Source: an uncultured Succinatimonas sp.
Lineage (GTDB): Bacteria; Pseudomonadota; Gammaproteobacteria; Enterobacterales; Succinivibrionaceae
Direction: 5' to 3'
DNA length: 64,000 nt
NCBI GenBank assembly: GCA_900316375.1
Contig: ONCS01000014.1
Location: 16,460 to 80,459, forward strand
The notes beneath the pieces were generated by a model. The model saw only the letters and a list, made by a program, of their open reading frames with translations, made no database searches and was not told the origin of the DNA. A program made the translations under genes and the position numbers. Shown here in pieces: positions 17,931-30,139 of the stretch. Numbering within the stretch: position 1 is the stretch's first letter; each line of letters starts with the position of its first letter.

Positions 17931-19472
17931 ATGCAACTTAATTCAACTGAAATTGCTGATTTAATTAAACAAAGAATTCAGCAATTTAAGGTTGTGACAG
18001 AAGAGCGTGACGAAGGTATTATCGTTTCAGTTAACGATGGTATTGTCAGAATTCACGGTCTGTCCAACGTTATGCAGGGTGAGATGCTGGAGTTTGGTAA
18101 TGATCTATATGGTCTAGCACTAAACTTAGAGCGTGACTCTGTAGGTGCTATTGTTTTAGGACCTTATGATAAATTATCAGAAGGTATGAAAGTACATAGC
18201 ACTGGTCGTATTCTAGAAGTACCAGTTGGCAATTCACTATTAGGTAGAGTTGTTAATGCTCTAGGTGCTCCTATTGATGGTAAAGGCCCTGTAGATTGCA
18301 AGGATTACTATCCTGTTGAGAAGATTGCTCCAGGTGTTATTGCCCGTGAAGGTGTTAAGCAGCCTATTCAAACAGGTTATAAGGCTGTTGACTCAATGGT
18401 ACCTATCGGACGTGGTCAGCGTGAGTTAATCATTGGTGACCGTCAGACTGGTAAGACTGCTTTAGCAATCGATACAATCATCAACCAGGTTAAATATGGT
18501 GTTCGTTGTATCTACGTTGCAATCGGCCAGAAGGCTTCAACTATTGCTTCAGTTGTAAGAAAGTTAGATGAAGAAGGTGCTCTACAAAATACTATCGTGG
18601 TAGTTGCATCAGCATCTGATACTGCCGCTTTACAATACATTGCTCCATACGCAGGTTGTGCTATGGGCGAGTACTTCATGGATCAAGGTGAAGATGCCTT
18701 AATCATCTATGATGACTTATCAAAGCATGCTGTAGCATATCGTCAGATTTCTCTATTACTACGTCGTCCTCCAGGGCGTGAGGCTTTCCCAGGTGACGTA
18801 TTCTACTTACATTCACGTCTTTTAGAGCGTGCTTCACGTGTTAACGCTGAGTACCTAGAAGAAAAGAGTGGTGGTAAGGTTGTAGGTAAGACTGGATCAT
18901 TAACTGCATTGCCAATTATTGAAACACAAGCAGGTGACGTTTCTGCGTTTATTCCTACTAACGTAATTTCAATTACCGATGGTCAGATCTTCTTAACTAC
19001 AAGCTTATTTAACTCTGGTGTAAGACCTGCTGTTGATCCTGGTATTTCAGTATCTCGTGTAGGTGGTTCTGCTCAGACTAAGATCATTAAGAAACTATCA
19101 GGTGGTATTCGTACAGCTCTAGCTCAGTACCGCGAATTAGCAGCTTTCGCTCAGTTTTCATCAGATCTTGATGATGCAACTCGTAAGCAGCTAAATCATG
19201 GTCAAAAAGTAACTGAGCTGATGAAGCAAAACCAGTACTCACCTTTATCTGTTGCTGAGATGGCTTTATCTATCTTCGCTGCTGAAAGAGGTTTCTTAGA
19301 GGATGTTGAACTAAATAAGGTTTTGGACTTTGAAAAAGCTTTATTAGAGTTTGCTCATTCTAAGTACGATCAATTGATTAAGGATATTGATGCAAATCCT
19401 GACTATAACGACGAAATCGTTGCTAAGTTAGGTGAAGTTGTAAAAGACTTTAAGGCATCACAGACTTACTAG
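17931..19472 (+). CDS. atpA: F1 ATP synthase subunit alpha
   Basis: [31 protein letters not shown]; 513 aa. Confidence 0.98.
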   Translation: MQLNSTEIADLIKQRIQQFKVVTEERDEGIIVSVNDGIVRIHGLSNVMQGEMLEFGNDLYGLALNLERDSVGAIVLGPYDKLSEGMKVHSTGRILEVPVGNSLLGRVVNALGAPIDGKGPVDCKDYYPVEKIAPGVIAREGVKQPIQTGYKAVDSMVPIGRGQRELIIGDRQTGKTALAIDTIINQVKYGVRCIYVAIGQKASTIASVVRKLDEEGALQNTIVVVASASDTAALQYIAPYAGCAMGEYFMDQGEDALIIYDDLSKHAVAYRQISLLLRRPPGREAFPGDVFYLHSRLLERASRVNAEYLEEKSGGKVVGKTGSLTALPIIETQAGDVSAFIPTNVISITDGQIFLTTSLFNSGVRPAVDPGISVSRVGGSAQTKIIKKLSGGIRTALAQYRELAAFAQFSSDLDDATRKQLNHGQKVTELMKQNQYSPLSVAEMALSIFAAERGFLEDVELNKVLDFEKALLEFAHSKYDQLIKDIDANPDYNDEIVAKLGEVVKDFKASQTY

Positions 19473-19482
19473 GAGCTCTTAA

Positions 19483-20340
19483 ATGGCAGGTGCAAAGGAA
19501 ATACGTACTAAGATTGCTTCTGTGCAAAACACACAGAAGATCACTAGTGCGATGCAAATGGTTGCCGCCTCTAAGATGCGTAGGGCTCAAGAAAAAATGA
19601 GCCAGTCTCGTCCTTATTCACAAGGTTTACGCGACATTATTAATCATATTGCTTCAAGTCACAGTGAGTTCCGCCATCCATTTATGGAAAAGCGTGAAGT
19701 TAAGAATGTAGGCTTTATCGTGATTGCAACAGATAGAGGTCTATGTGGTGGCTTGAACATTAACTTGTTTAGAAAAGTATTGCAGAAAATGCAAGAATTT
19801 GAAAAACAAGGTATTGGTGTAAAGGTAGTTTTATTAGGCTCAAAAGCTGCAGGCTACTTTAATCACAGCAATATTGATGTAATGGCTTCTCACTCAGGTT
19901 TTGGTGATGATCCTAAGCCTGAAAAGCTAGTTGGCGCTATCAAGGTTATGACAGATGCATTTTTAAATGGCGAGCTTGATGAAATTTATCTCTCTTGCAA
20001 CGTCTTTAAAAATACTATGGTTCAAATTCCTAATGTATCTCAGCTTCTACCTCTTGAACAAGATCAAGAAGCTGCAAAACATCATTGGGATTACTTATAC
20101 GAACCAGAGCCTGAGGCCATCTTAAAAGTTGTGTTAGACCGTTATGTAGTACAAATGGTATATCAAGCTGTGCTAGAGAACTTAGCTTCAGAACAAGCTG
20201 CTCGTATGGTTGCAATGAAAGCTGCAACTGATAATGCAGAAGCTTTAGTAAATGATTTACAGCTTGAATATAACAAGGCAAGACAGGCCGGTATTACGAT
20301 GGAATTAAACGACATCGTATCTGGTGCATCAGCGGTTTAA
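19483..20340 (+). CDS. atpG: F1 ATP synthase subunit gamma
   Basis: [48 protein letters not shown]. Confidence 0.97.
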   Translation: MAGAKEIRTKIASVQNTQKITSAMQMVAASKMRRAQEKMSQSRPYSQGLRDIINHIASSHSEFRHPFMEKREVKNVGFIVIATDRGLCGGLNINLFRKVLQKMQEFEKQGIGVKVVLLGSKAAGYFNHSNIDVMASHSGFGDDPKPEKLVGAIKVMTDAFLNGELDEIYLSCNVFKNTMVQIPNVSQLLPLEQDQEAAKHHWDYLYEPEPEAILKVVLDRYVVQMVYQAVLENLASEQAARMVAMKAATDNAEALVNDLQLEYNKARQAGITMELNDIVSGASAV

Positions 20341-20344
20341 ATAG

Positions 20345-21775
<1,431 letters not shown>

Positions 21776-21788
21776 TAAGGGGTGGTAA

Positions 21789-22217
21789 ATGGATACTATA
21801 TCATTCCATCTAGACGTAATTAGTGGTGTCGGTAAGCTATATTCAGGATCTGTAAAGTCTGTTCGAGTTACAGGTTCTGAAGGTGAACTTGGTATCCGCT
21901 ATGGTCATACTCCTTTATTAACTACCATTAAAACTGGTATGGTAAGTTTGATTGATTCTAATGATAAAGAAGATCAAATTTATCTAGCAGGTGGTGTGTT
22001 AGAAGTTCAGCCAGATACTGTTACTATTCTAGCTGATACTGCTTTACGTGCTGATGACATTGATGAAGCTCAAGCACAAGAAGCTATCAAGGCTGCTAAA
22101 CAGATGCTAGAAAATCATGGTAGTGGTGATTCTGACTATGCTCATGCGCTATCACGTCTTGCTGATGCTATGGCACGTATGAAGGTTGTAGAGATTGCTC
22201 GAAACCGTAGTCACTAG
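21789..22217 (+). CDS. atpC: F1 ATP synthase subunit epsilon
   Basis: GSEGELGIRYGHTPLLT, GGVLEVQP, ILADTA; last gene of the atp operon. Confidence 0.95.
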   Translation: MDTISFHLDVISGVGKLYSGSVKSVRVTGSEGELGIRYGHTPLLTTIKTGMVSLIDSNDKEDQIYLAGGVLEVQPDTVTILADTALRADDIDEAQAQEAIKAAKQMLENHGSGDSDYAHALSRLADAMARMKVVEIARNRSH

Positions 22218-22237
22218 TTGTAGTAATTAGCAAAAGA

Positions 22238-22268
22238 AGAGGGGCTAGCTTAAAACTAGCCTCTTTTG
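22238..22268. terminator. Bidirectional intrinsic terminator atpC/rsmD
   Basis: GAGGGGCTAG-CTTAAAA-CTAGCCTC followed by TTTTG between convergent genes. Confidence 0.75.
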
Positions 22269-22271
22269 TTT

Positions 22272-22832
22272 TTAGAATAATAATTGACTCTTTCGATATA
22301 AGCAGTATTTAGCTTGTCCTGCACTTTGTTCTTTGATGATCTCAAAACCAGGTACTACTTGATTAGAACCATTTCTCATCTCTACATAAATTAAAGAATT
22401 GTCAGAAATTAAGTTTCTTTTTAGAAGTAAACTTAAACAATCTTTGTAGATATCTAGTTTATAAGGTGGATCTAAAAAGACTAAATCAAAGCAATCTTGG
22501 GTATTATTTAAAAAATGCACCGCATCATCATTTAAAACATGGATATTAGATGATTTAAAGCCTTGTACAGTATCTTTTAGGTTATTGTAATTGTCTTTGT
22601 TAAGCTCTATTAAGGTGATATCTTGAGCACCTCTTGAGAAAGCTTCTAAGCCTAAAGCGCCAGTACCTGCAAAGAGATCTAATACCTTAGCTCCATTTAC
22701 ACTTTCTTTAAGCCAGGTAAAGATTGTTTCTTTAACTCTTGAAGGGGTTGGTCTTAAGCCTTCTGCATCAAGTACTTTTAGTAACTTACCTTTGAATTTT
22801 CCGCCAATAATTTTAACTTCGTTATTACTCAT
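22272..22832 (-). CDS. rsmD: 16S rRNA m2G966 methyltransferase RsmD
   Basis: LRPT-x-RVKETIF, LDLFAGTGALGLEAFSRGA, VFLDPPY; divergent from ftsY. Confidence 0.95.
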   Translation of the reverse strand: MSNNEVKIIGGKFKGKLLKVLDAEGLRPTPSRVKETIFTWLKESVNGAKVLDLFAGTGALGLEAFSRGAQDITLIELNKDNYNNLKDTVQGFKSSNIHVLNDDAVHFLNNTQDCFDLVFLDPPYKLDIYKDCLSLLLKRNLISDNSLIYVEMRNGSNQVVPGFEIIKEQSAGQAKYCLYRKSQLLF

Positions 22833-22974
22833 AGAGCCTTCCTTGATTATTTCTTATAAGTTTAATCTATTGACACAAAATTGCATAGATATAGTATTTT
22901 TTTCAATTGTGATATATTTGTCTTAATAGCTTATAATTAAGGGCGATTTTTATATGTGTATTCTGAGGTTATAG

Positions 22975-24279
22975 ATGGGTCTTTTTTCATTTTTTTCTAA
23001 AAAATCTAAACAAGAACAGCCAACACAAGAACAAGAAAAATTACAAGAAAGCTCTAATGTAGTTGAAGAAGTTCAAAAAGAACAAGTTAAAGAGAATATT
23101 GTTACTGACAAAAATACAAATAGCGTTGTCGAAGAAGCTCCACAAGATGAAGTAAAGGAAGAGAACACTTCTGATAAAGACTCACAAGTAGAGGATAAAA
23201 CAGAGTCTTTAGACAAAGAAGAGATTAAAGATAATGTATCTGAAGAAAAGGTTTTAGAAGTATCTAATACTACAGATACAGTATCTAAAGAAGAAGTTAC
23301 TAAAGAGTCAGAGCAAGTAACAGAAGTTACTGATACTCAAGAGAATGTAGAAACTGAGTCTAAAGAGAAAGTTAAATTATCATTTTTTGAAAGACTAAAG
23401 AGAACTCGTGAAAACTTAGCTTATGGATTAAGTGCTTTAGTTACAGGTAAAAAGATTGATGAAGAGCTTTATGAAGATTTAGAGACAGCACTACTTACTG
23501 CAGATCTTGGTGTTGATACTACCAACAGCATTATTGAGAAGTTAAAAGATATCTCAAAAGCACGTGAATTACATGATGCTGGTGCTTTAAAGAGCAATCT
23601 TAAGACAATCTTAAAGGATATTTTAAAACCATGTGAGCAAAAGCTTGTAGTTAAAAAGCAAGGCGATTTACCATACGTTATCTTAATGGTAGGTGTAAAT
23701 GGTGCAGGTAAGACTACAACTATCGGTAAGCTTGCTCTAAAGTATAAACAGCAAGGTTTAAAGGTTATGTTAGCTGCTGGTGATACTTTCAGAGCTGCAG
23801 CTGTTGAGCAATTAAAAGAGTGGGGAGCTAGAACTAATACTCCAGTTGTAGCACAAGCTACAGGCTCAGATAGTGCCTCTGTTATCTATGATGCTTTAAC
23901 CTCAGCTAAGGCTCACGGTAGTGATGTTCTAATTTGCGATACCGCAGGTCGTCTTCAAAACAAAGATAATCTTATGGAAGAGCTTAAAAAGATTGTCCGT
24001 GTAATGAAGAAGATTGACGAGAGCGTACCTCATGAGGTGATGTTAGTATTAGATGCTACCACCGGACAAAACGCAATGTCACAGATGAAGATTTTTAAAG
24101 AAGCTGTAGAAGTTACTGGTCTTACCTTAACTAAGCTTGACGGTACTGCTAAAGGTGGTGTGATCTTCGCTCTATCAGATAAATATCAAGTACCTCTACG
24201 TTATGTAGGTATTGGTGAGAAGACAGAAGATCTGCGTGAATTTGATATTGATAACTTCGTTGATGCTTTAATCGATTAG
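22975..24279 (+). CDS. ftsY: SRP receptor FtsY
   Basis: Acidic N-terminal domain, GVNGAGKTT, DTFRAAA, DTAGRL, TKLDGTAKGG. Confidence 0.97.
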   Translation: MGLFSFFSKKSKQEQPTQEQEKLQESSNVVEEVQKEQVKENIVTDKNTNSVVEEAPQDEVKEENTSDKDSQVEDKTESLDKEEIKDNVSEEKVLEVSNTTDTVSKEEVTKESEQVTEVTDTQENVETESKEKVKLSFFERLKRTRENLAYGLSALVTGKKIDEELYEDLETALLTADLGVDTTNSIIEKLKDISKARELHDAGALKSNLKTILKDILKPCEQKLVVKKQGDLPYVILMVGVNGAGKTTTIGKLALKYKQQGLKVMLAAGDTFRAAAVEQLKEWGARTNTPVVAQATGSDSASVIYDALTSAKAHGSDVLICDTAGRLQNKDNLMEELKKIVRVMKKIDESVPHEVMLVLDATTGQNAMSQMKIFKEAVEVTGLTLTKLDGTAKGGVIFALSDKYQVPLRYVGIGEKTEDLREFDIDNFVDALID

Positions 24280-24316
24280 TTTAGAATTACAAAATAAAAT
24301 AGCTGGTCATAAGTTA

Positions 24317-25315
24317 ATGTCAGATAACCAAATAAAATCTATGGGCGGTATGCTAGCTCCTGTGGGCAATATTGATAGCTATATTAAAGTTATCAATCAA
24401 GTGCCAATGCTAGAGCCTGATGATGAGCGATCACTTGCTATAAGATTGCGTGATTATGGCGATCTTGAGGCTGCTCGTAAGCTAATTTTAGCTCACTTGC
24501 GCTTAGTAGTAAGTATTGCTCGTGGTTACTATGGTTATGGCCTACCTATGGCTGATTTAATCCAAGAAGGTAATATTGGCCTAATGAAAGCTGTTAAGCA
24601 CTTTGATCCTGATGCTGGTGCTAGACTTGCTGCATTTGCTGTACCTTGGATTAAAGCTGAAATTCATGAATACGTAATTAAAAACTGGCGTGTAGTTAAG
24701 ATTGCTACTACTAAAGCTCAAAGAAAACTTTTCTTTAAACTAAGACAAAATAAAAAGCGCTTAGGTTGGTTTACTGAGCAAGAACGTAACATTGTAGCAA
24801 ATGAGTTAGGTGTAACTGAAAGTGATGTAGCCGAGATGGAAACTCGTCTAGCTGGTCAAGATGTAGGTTATGACTTAACCTCTGAGGATACCTCTGATAC
24901 TGCATCGGTTCCAATGCTAGCTCCTGCTGCATATCTTGAAGATCAAAACTCAAACTTTGCTAAAAACTTTGAAAATCGCGATTATCAAAGCTATGAGCTT
25001 GAGATGCTAGCTAAGGCCTTAAAAGAGCTTGATGAGCGTTCTAGATACGTTCTAAAGCGCAGATGGCTAGATGAGAACAAGGCTACCTTACAAGAGCTCT
25101 CTGATGAGCTTAAAGTGTCTGTAGAGCGCGTAAGACAGATTGAAAATGCTTCATTGAAGAAAGTTAAAGAGTTAATCATTAAAGCTAATGGTGGTCTTGA
25201 TGAAAATGGCGATGAAGTAATTGAAAATAAGAAAGTAGCTAATAAAACAAAGGCTTTAACTACCAAAGAGAAAAAGCCTTCGACAAAGAATAAATTACTT
25301 CCTAAAAAAGATTAG
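24317..25315 (+). CDS. rpoH: RNA polymerase sigma factor RpoH (sigma32) with C-terminal extension
   Basis: ADLIQEGNIGLMKAV, RpoH box QRKLFFKLR, ERVRQIE; position downstream of ftsY. Confidence 0.93.
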   Translation: MSDNQIKSMGGMLAPVGNIDSYIKVINQVPMLEPDDERSLAIRLRDYGDLEAARKLILAHLRLVVSIARGYYGYGLPMADLIQEGNIGLMKAVKHFDPDAGARLAAFAVPWIKAEIHEYVIKNWRVVKIATTKAQRKLFFKLRQNKKRLGWFTEQERNIVANELGVTESDVAEMETRLAGQDVGYDLTSEDTSDTASVPMLAPAAYLEDQNSNFAKNFENRDYQSYELEMLAKALKELDERSRYVLKRRWLDENKATLQELSDELKVSVERVRQIENASLKKVKELIIKANGGLDENGDEVIENKKVANKTKALTTKEKKPSTKNKLLPKKD

Positions 25316-26202
25316 TCTTTAATTTGAATTTTCTTTTTGATTAAGGTTCTGTGGCGTACCTTAACTGCAATTCCCCTAGCTTTAAATCTATCTGCAAGAG
25401 ATTGAGCAATATACACTGATCTGTGGAAACCACCTGTACAACCAATAGCAACAGTTAAATAGCTTCTATCACTTTGCTCGATAGGTTTTAAAATTCCATT
25501 TAACAAGTCATCAATCTTATCAATGTAATTGTCTACTTCAGGATACTTTGCAAAGAAATCCTTAATTGGCTTTTCTAAACCGCAGTATTCACGAATGTTA
25601 GGATCCCAATAAGGATTTGGTAAGAAACGCGCATCGAAGATAAAGTCAGCATCTTTGGTGATACCGTCTTTATATCCAAATGATTCAAAAATAATCACAA
25701 TCTGCTTATAAGGCTTACCTTGAATGGTGGTGATCACTTGTTTGCAAAGATCGTGTATAGATAGATTTGTTGAATCAATACGTAAATCAGCAACTGAGGA
25801 AATTACCTTTAAAATATCACTTTCTTTCATGATAGCTTCGTTTAATGAAAGATTATGAAGTGATAAAGGATGAAGTCTTCTAGTTTCTGAATAACGCTTA
25901 ATTAAGACTTGATCGTCAGCATCAATGAAGATCACTGTAGAGTTAATATCAGGATCGTGAATAGCTTTATTGTAGATCTCACTTAGTTCACTATAGTCAT
26001 CGCTGATAGGGATGTTTCTAACATCAATAGATACAGCAATCTTTGGGTAATTCTTTTTAGCTAATTCGATTAGATCATTTAAAAAAGGAAATGGAAGGTT
26101 ATCAATACAATAAAACCCCAAATCCTCGAGCGCATGTAAAGCAACGGTTTTACCAGAGCCACTACGACCTGATATCACCACAAGTTCTACTTTATTTGTC
26201 AT
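25312..26202 (-). CDS. rapZ: RNase adapter RapZ (YhbJ)
   Basis: SGRSGSGKT, YSETRRLHPL, DARFLPNPYW, IGCTGGFHRSV. Confidence 0.95.
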   Translation of the reverse strand: MTNKVELVVISGRSGSGKTVALHALEDLGFYCIDNLPFPFLNDLIELAKKNYPKIAVSIDVRNIPISDDYSELSEIYNKAIHDPDINSTVIFIDADDQVLIKRYSETRRLHPLSLHNLSLNEAIMKESDILKVISSVADLRIDSTNLSIHDLCKQVITTIQGKPYKQIVIIFESFGYKDGITKDADFIFDARFLPNPYWDPNIREYCGLEKPIKDFFAKYPEVDNYIDKIDDLLNGILKPIEQSDRSYLTVAIGCTGGFHRSVYIAQSLADRFKARGIAVKVRHRTLIKKKIQIKD

Positions 26203-26213
26203 AAATGACTTTC

Positions 26214-26738
26214 CTAATTTTCAGAGTGAGGACTTTCGATTTCTTGTGAATCAACTAGTCCTTCTAGTCTTTTATTTTCTATTAGTTCATCAATCTGATT
26301 TATGATGGTCTCTAATTTTTTATTTTCATTTTTAGCAAGTCTTAGAGAGTTTAATAAATCATTATTTGATAAGACTATTGTAAGGCTTTTTAAAAGATGC
26401 TCAATATTATCTAAATCATCTTTTGGTGAAATAAATAAACTTAGTGCAATATCAACTAATTGTTCGTCAGCATCAATTGAATTAAAGGTAATAGGTTTGT
26501 TTAAGATACTTAAAATTGCAAAGGTATCACTTTGACTGTCAATTACCGCATGAGGAATAGCAACACCTGGGTAAAACACCGTAGTACCAAGCTTTTCTCT
26601 TTCATTTAAAGCAATGATTACATCTTTAGGATCTTTTTTTAAGATATAACCTGCGCAATCTGCAATTTCCTCAAATAGACGCTTTTTACTAAAGCAAAAA
26701 AGAGGAGAGAGTATATGAGTGTCTGGAAGTACTAACAT
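26214..26738 (-). CDS. ptsN: PTS EIIA-Ntr-like protein
   Basis: REKLGTT...GVAIPHA phospho-His motif; position between hpf and rapZ. Confidence 0.85.
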   Translation of the reverse strand: MLVLPDTHILSPLFCFSKKRLFEEIADCAGYILKKDPKDVIIALNEREKLGTTVFYPGVAIPHAVIDSQSDTFAILSILNKPITFNSIDADEQLVDIALSLFISPKDDLDNIEHLLKSLTIVLSNNDLLNSLRLAKNENKKLETIINQIDELIENKRLEGLVDSQEIESPHSEN

Positions 26739-26753
26739 ATTTACCTAAACAAA

Positions 26754-26775
26754 AAGCCCTGCATTGGCAGGGCTT
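26754..26775 (-). terminator. Intrinsic terminator after hpf
   Basis: AAGCCCTGC-CAAT-GCAGGGCTT followed by TTTG on the minus strand. Confidence 0.8.
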
Positions 26776-26806
26776 GTATTAAATCTTACTAAAGGAAACT
26801 AAAGGA

Positions 26807-27091
26807 TTATGATCTTAGTTTCTCTTTATACTTAACTAATTGAGCGTCAACCTTGTCGATTAGACCATCAATTGCTGGATACATGCTTTCTGCCTCATGC
26901 TCTGCATGAAGATTACCGCCTGCTACTGCTAAATCAGCCTTAGCGATTTGACTTAACTTCTCTACGGTTAGAGTTACTGAGATAGAGGTAATGATATCAC
27001 CTTTACGCTCAAGACGCTTAAACTTGTCATTGACGTAATCCTTAAGAGCATCAGTTAGAGTAACGCCTACGCCATGAATATTAATTTGCAT
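26807..27091 (-). CDS. hpf: Ribosome hibernation promoting factor (short HPF)
   Basis: MQINIHG...LTDALKDYV.., MYPAIDGLIDKV..QL.KYKEK; follows rpoN. Confidence 0.92.
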   Translation of the reverse strand: MQINIHGVGVTLTDALKDYVNDKFKRLERKGDIITSISVTLTVEKLSQIAKADLAVAGGNLHAEHEAESMYPAIDGLIDKVDAQLVKYKEKLRS

Positions 27092-27295
27092 ATTTACTTC
27101 CTTAACCTGATCTAAGTGTCAGGTAGTTTGTTAAGCGAGTACTGAAATGTAACTACACTATTAAATATAGTTTAAATATTCAAAATTTGTAGGGTAAATT
27201 TCACAAAAATTTTAAAATTTATTAACTTATGTTTCTTTTTCGTGAACTGTTTCACCATTAATGGTGCTAACTGATAATCAAAACTACCAATTAAG

Positions 27296-28837
27296 TTAAA
27301 GTTTTTTACGTTTTGAAGATGATTCAATACCTAAAGCTTCACGATATTTAGCTACAGTTCTTCTTGCAACTTTAAAGCCACTCTCACCTAGCATCTCTGA
27401 TAACTTATCATCAGATAGTGGCTTTCTTTGATTTTCAGCTGCAATTAGCTCTTTAATCTTAGCTTTAATTGCCATGGAAGAGGCACTATCACCATCATCG
27501 GTACTTACTTTTGAGGTAAAGAAGTATTTAAGCTCAAAGGTTCCTTTAGGGGTAGCAATGAACTTATTAGTGGTAATTCTTGAAATTGTAGATTCAGCAC
27601 GCCCAATTTCGGTTGCAACATCGTTTAACACCATAGGGTGCATACCAGACTCACCTAATTCCATGAAGTCTTTTTGATGTTCAACAATGTATCTACTAGT
27701 ATTAAGTAGTGTCTCGTTGCGCTCATCGATACTTGAGAGTAACCAGTTAGCTTCTCTTAGGTTATTTTGGAAAAACTCTTTATCTTTCTTATTAGTAGCC
27801 TTATCAGCAAGTGACTTGTAAACTTTATTGATTCTAACTCTAAGCTGATTTTGGCTGTTTAAAACAGCATCATAGTTGCCATTTTTATCTTTAACTACAA
27901 TGACATCAGGAATGATATATTCATCTTTTTTAGATGGCTTAAAGTTACCAGGACGAGGATTTAAAGATACGATAAGATTATTAGCCTCTTTTAATAAATC
28001 TTCTTTGATAGAGAGCTTTTTGCAAAGAGCTCTAAAGTCTTTATTGGCTAAAAGCTCAAAGTAATCTTTGACAATTCTTATAGCTAAATTGAGATTTAAT
28101 GTATCTTTTGGTAACTCATTTAATTGAATAAGTAGGTTTTCTTGAAGATTTCTTGAGGCAACACCGATTGGATCGTAGTGTTGCACAAGTTTTAAGATAG
28201 CTTGTACATCTTCAATGGTGGTATCTGGATAGGTGGTTACCACACAAGATAAGATATCTTCTAAAGATTCTGTAAGATATCCAGAGTCATTGACACCATC
28301 AATGATAGTTTGGGCGATAAGTTTATCTGCGCCTTGAAGAGGAGATAGCTCTAATTGCTCACTTAGGTGATCTTGCAAAGTTTCTGTAGTCTCACCTTCG
28401 TAGACATCATCGTTATCAAGAACAGGGCCTTTGGTTCTAGGGCCTGCTGAGAAATCTACATTTTGAAAGTTATCTTGATAATCTGAACTTGATACTTCAT
28501 TGATGTTAGTTTCGCCATTTTCTTTGATATTTACATCGTGGCTTATCTCACCATCAATTTGGGTGTTATGAATTGAAGCTTCATCATTAAATGGGTCAAA
28601 ATCATCATTGTTATGATTATCTTGATCTAAAGAATCTAAGGATACTTCACGGTTATCATTAGTTGATTCATCCATCTCAAGCATAGGATTAGCATCAACC
28701 ATGTCTCTTACTTTTTGTTCAAGTTCAAGTGTGGATAACTGCAATAAGCCGATAGCTTGTTGCATCTGTACAGTCATTTTTGCAGTTTGTTTTAAAGATA
28801 ACTGCTGATTCATGCCCATTGCAGCCATAAATTTCAC
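27296..28837 (-). CDS. rpoN: RNA polymerase sigma factor RpoN (sigma54)
   Basis: QQAIGLLQLS region I, ESTISR HTH, RpoN box ARRTVAKYRE. Exact start among several Met codons is uncertain. Confidence 0.96.
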   Translation of the reverse strand: MKFMAAMGMNQQLSLKQTAKMTVQMQQAIGLLQLSTLELEQKVRDMVDANPMLEMDESTNDNREVSLDSLDQDNHNNDDFDPFNDEASIHNTQIDGEISHDVNIKENGETNINEVSSSDYQDNFQNVDFSAGPRTKGPVLDNDDVYEGETTETLQDHLSEQLELSPLQGADKLIAQTIIDGVNDSGYLTESLEDILSCVVTTYPDTTIEDVQAILKLVQHYDPIGVASRNLQENLLIQLNELPKDTLNLNLAIRIVKDYFELLANKDFRALCKKLSIKEDLLKEANNLIVSLNPRPGNFKPSKKDEYIIPDVIVVKDKNGNYDAVLNSQNQLRVRINKVYKSLADKATNKKDKEFFQNNLREANWLLSSIDERNETLLNTSRYIVEHQKDFMELGESGMHPMVLNDVATEIGRAESTISRITTNKFIATPKGTFELKYFFTSKVSTDDGDSASSMAIKAKIKELIAAENQRKPLSDDKLSEMLGESGFKVARRTVAKYREALGIESSSKRKKL

Positions 28838-28850
28838 CTAACTTATAAAA

Positions 28851-29576
28851 CTATAAAGAGAAATCTTTACCTAAATAAACAGACTTAACCTTTTCGTTAT
28901 TCAAGACATCTTGAGCAGTGCCTTGAGCAATAATTTGACCAGCATTCACAATGTAAGATTTTTCACATACATCTAAGGTCTCACGCACATTGTGATCGGT
29001 AATTAAAACACCAATACCGCGATCTTTTAAGTGAGTGATAATTTGCTTAATTTCACTAACTGAGATTGGATCAACACCTGCAAAAGGCTCATCTAGAAGA
29101 ATAAACTTTGGGTTAGCAGCAAGTGCTCTTGCAATCTCGACACGACGTCTTTCACCGCCTGATAAAGACTGACCGCTGTTATCTCTTAACTTAGTAACTG
29201 AGAACTCTTCTAAAAGCTGATCAACTCTTTCTTGTCTTTGTGCTTTAGTTAAATTAGGTAAAAGCTCAACTACACCCATTAGATTTTGATAAACGGTAAG
29301 CTTTCTAAAAATAGAATTTTCTTGAGGTAGATAGCCAATACCTGCACGAGCTCTAGCATGCATAGGAAAAGCTGTAATGTCTTTATCATCTAAAAGAATT
29401 TGACCATCTTCAGATGTGATAATACCTACAATCATATAAAAAGATGTAGTTTTACCAGCACCATTAGGTCCTAATAAACCTACAATCGAGCCACTTTTTA
29501 CACTAATGCTCACATCTGATACTACAGTGCGCTTTTTATAGGTCTTCTTTAAATGAAGGGCTTTTAATTCACTCAT
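28851..29576 (-). CDS. lptB: LPS export ABC transporter ATPase LptB
   Basis: [48 protein letters not shown]. Confidence 0.97.
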   Translation of the reverse strand: MSELKALHLKKTYKKRTVVSDVSISVKSGSIVGLLGPNGAGKTTSFYMIVGIITSEDGQILLDDKDITAFPMHARARAGIGYLPQENSIFRKLTVYQNLMGVVELLPNLTKAQRQERVDQLLEEFSVTKLRDNSGQSLSGGERRRVEIARALAANPKFILLDEPFAGVDPISVSEIKQIITHLKDRGIGVLITDHNVRETLDVCEKSYIVNAGQIIAQGTAQDVLNNEKVKSVYLGKDFSL

Positions 29577-29590
29577 AATGCTAACTTAAC

Positions 29591-30139
29591 TTACTTGTTA
29601 TTTTGTTTATTGTCTTTGTTCTTATCTTGTAATTCAGATGGAATAAAGGTACTTTGCACACGACCACCTTGGCTATTCTCATTACTTGCTTTTAGCTGCT
29701 TAGTAATGGTGTTGTATTCAATTCTTTCACCATCAACATGAGAGTTCTCTTGCCAAATGGTAGCTCTGCCAATAAGAATTAGTAAATTCTTCTTAGGTAA
29801 GTATTGAATAATTGAAGACTGTGAATGAATTACCTTACCATTTTCTTGTAATTGTTTGAAAGTAGCAGGTTTGCCATAAGCAATTACTTCTTTTAGCTCG
29901 TCATTTTCATCTCGTGTAAGTTCAGCTTTATCAGCATGAACTTCCATAGTACCTTGAGTTGCAATTACGTTTTCTAAAAATATAGCTTTATTACTATCAA
30001 AATCAGCAATCTGCTCTTTTGATACTACATTTAAAGGTTGATTAGTATCATCCTTCAAAGCCATAGCTGGAGTTGCTAAAAATAGTGATAAAGCAAGACC
30101 TGCACTAATCTTATTTAGAGTTTGGATAGTATGTTGCAT
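29591..30139 (-). CDS. lptA: LPS transport periplasmic protein LptA
   Basis: Signal peptide, ALKDDTNQP, TQGTMEVHADK, GGRVQSTFIP. ATG 30139 preferred over the track start. Confidence 0.88.
   Translation of the reverse strand: MQHTIQTLNKISAGLALSLFLATPAMALKDDTNQPLNVVSKEQIADFDSNKAIFLENVIATQGTMEVHADKAELTRDENDELKEVIAYGKPATFKQLQENGKVIHSQSSIIQYLPKKNLLILIGRATIWQENSHVDGERIEYNTITKQLKASNENSQGGRVQSTFIPSELQDKNKDNKQNNK

Noticed and set aside
18831-18846. parS-like TGCTTCACGTGTTAAC in atpA, and CACGTG cores near 23562 and 57797
   Set aside because: At most 11/16 identity, asymmetric, and explained by coding constraints.
24991-25266. 91-aa minus-strand ORF downstream of rapZ, considered as the missing npr
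   Set aside because: No HPr-family motif; it is an antisense shadow of rpoH.
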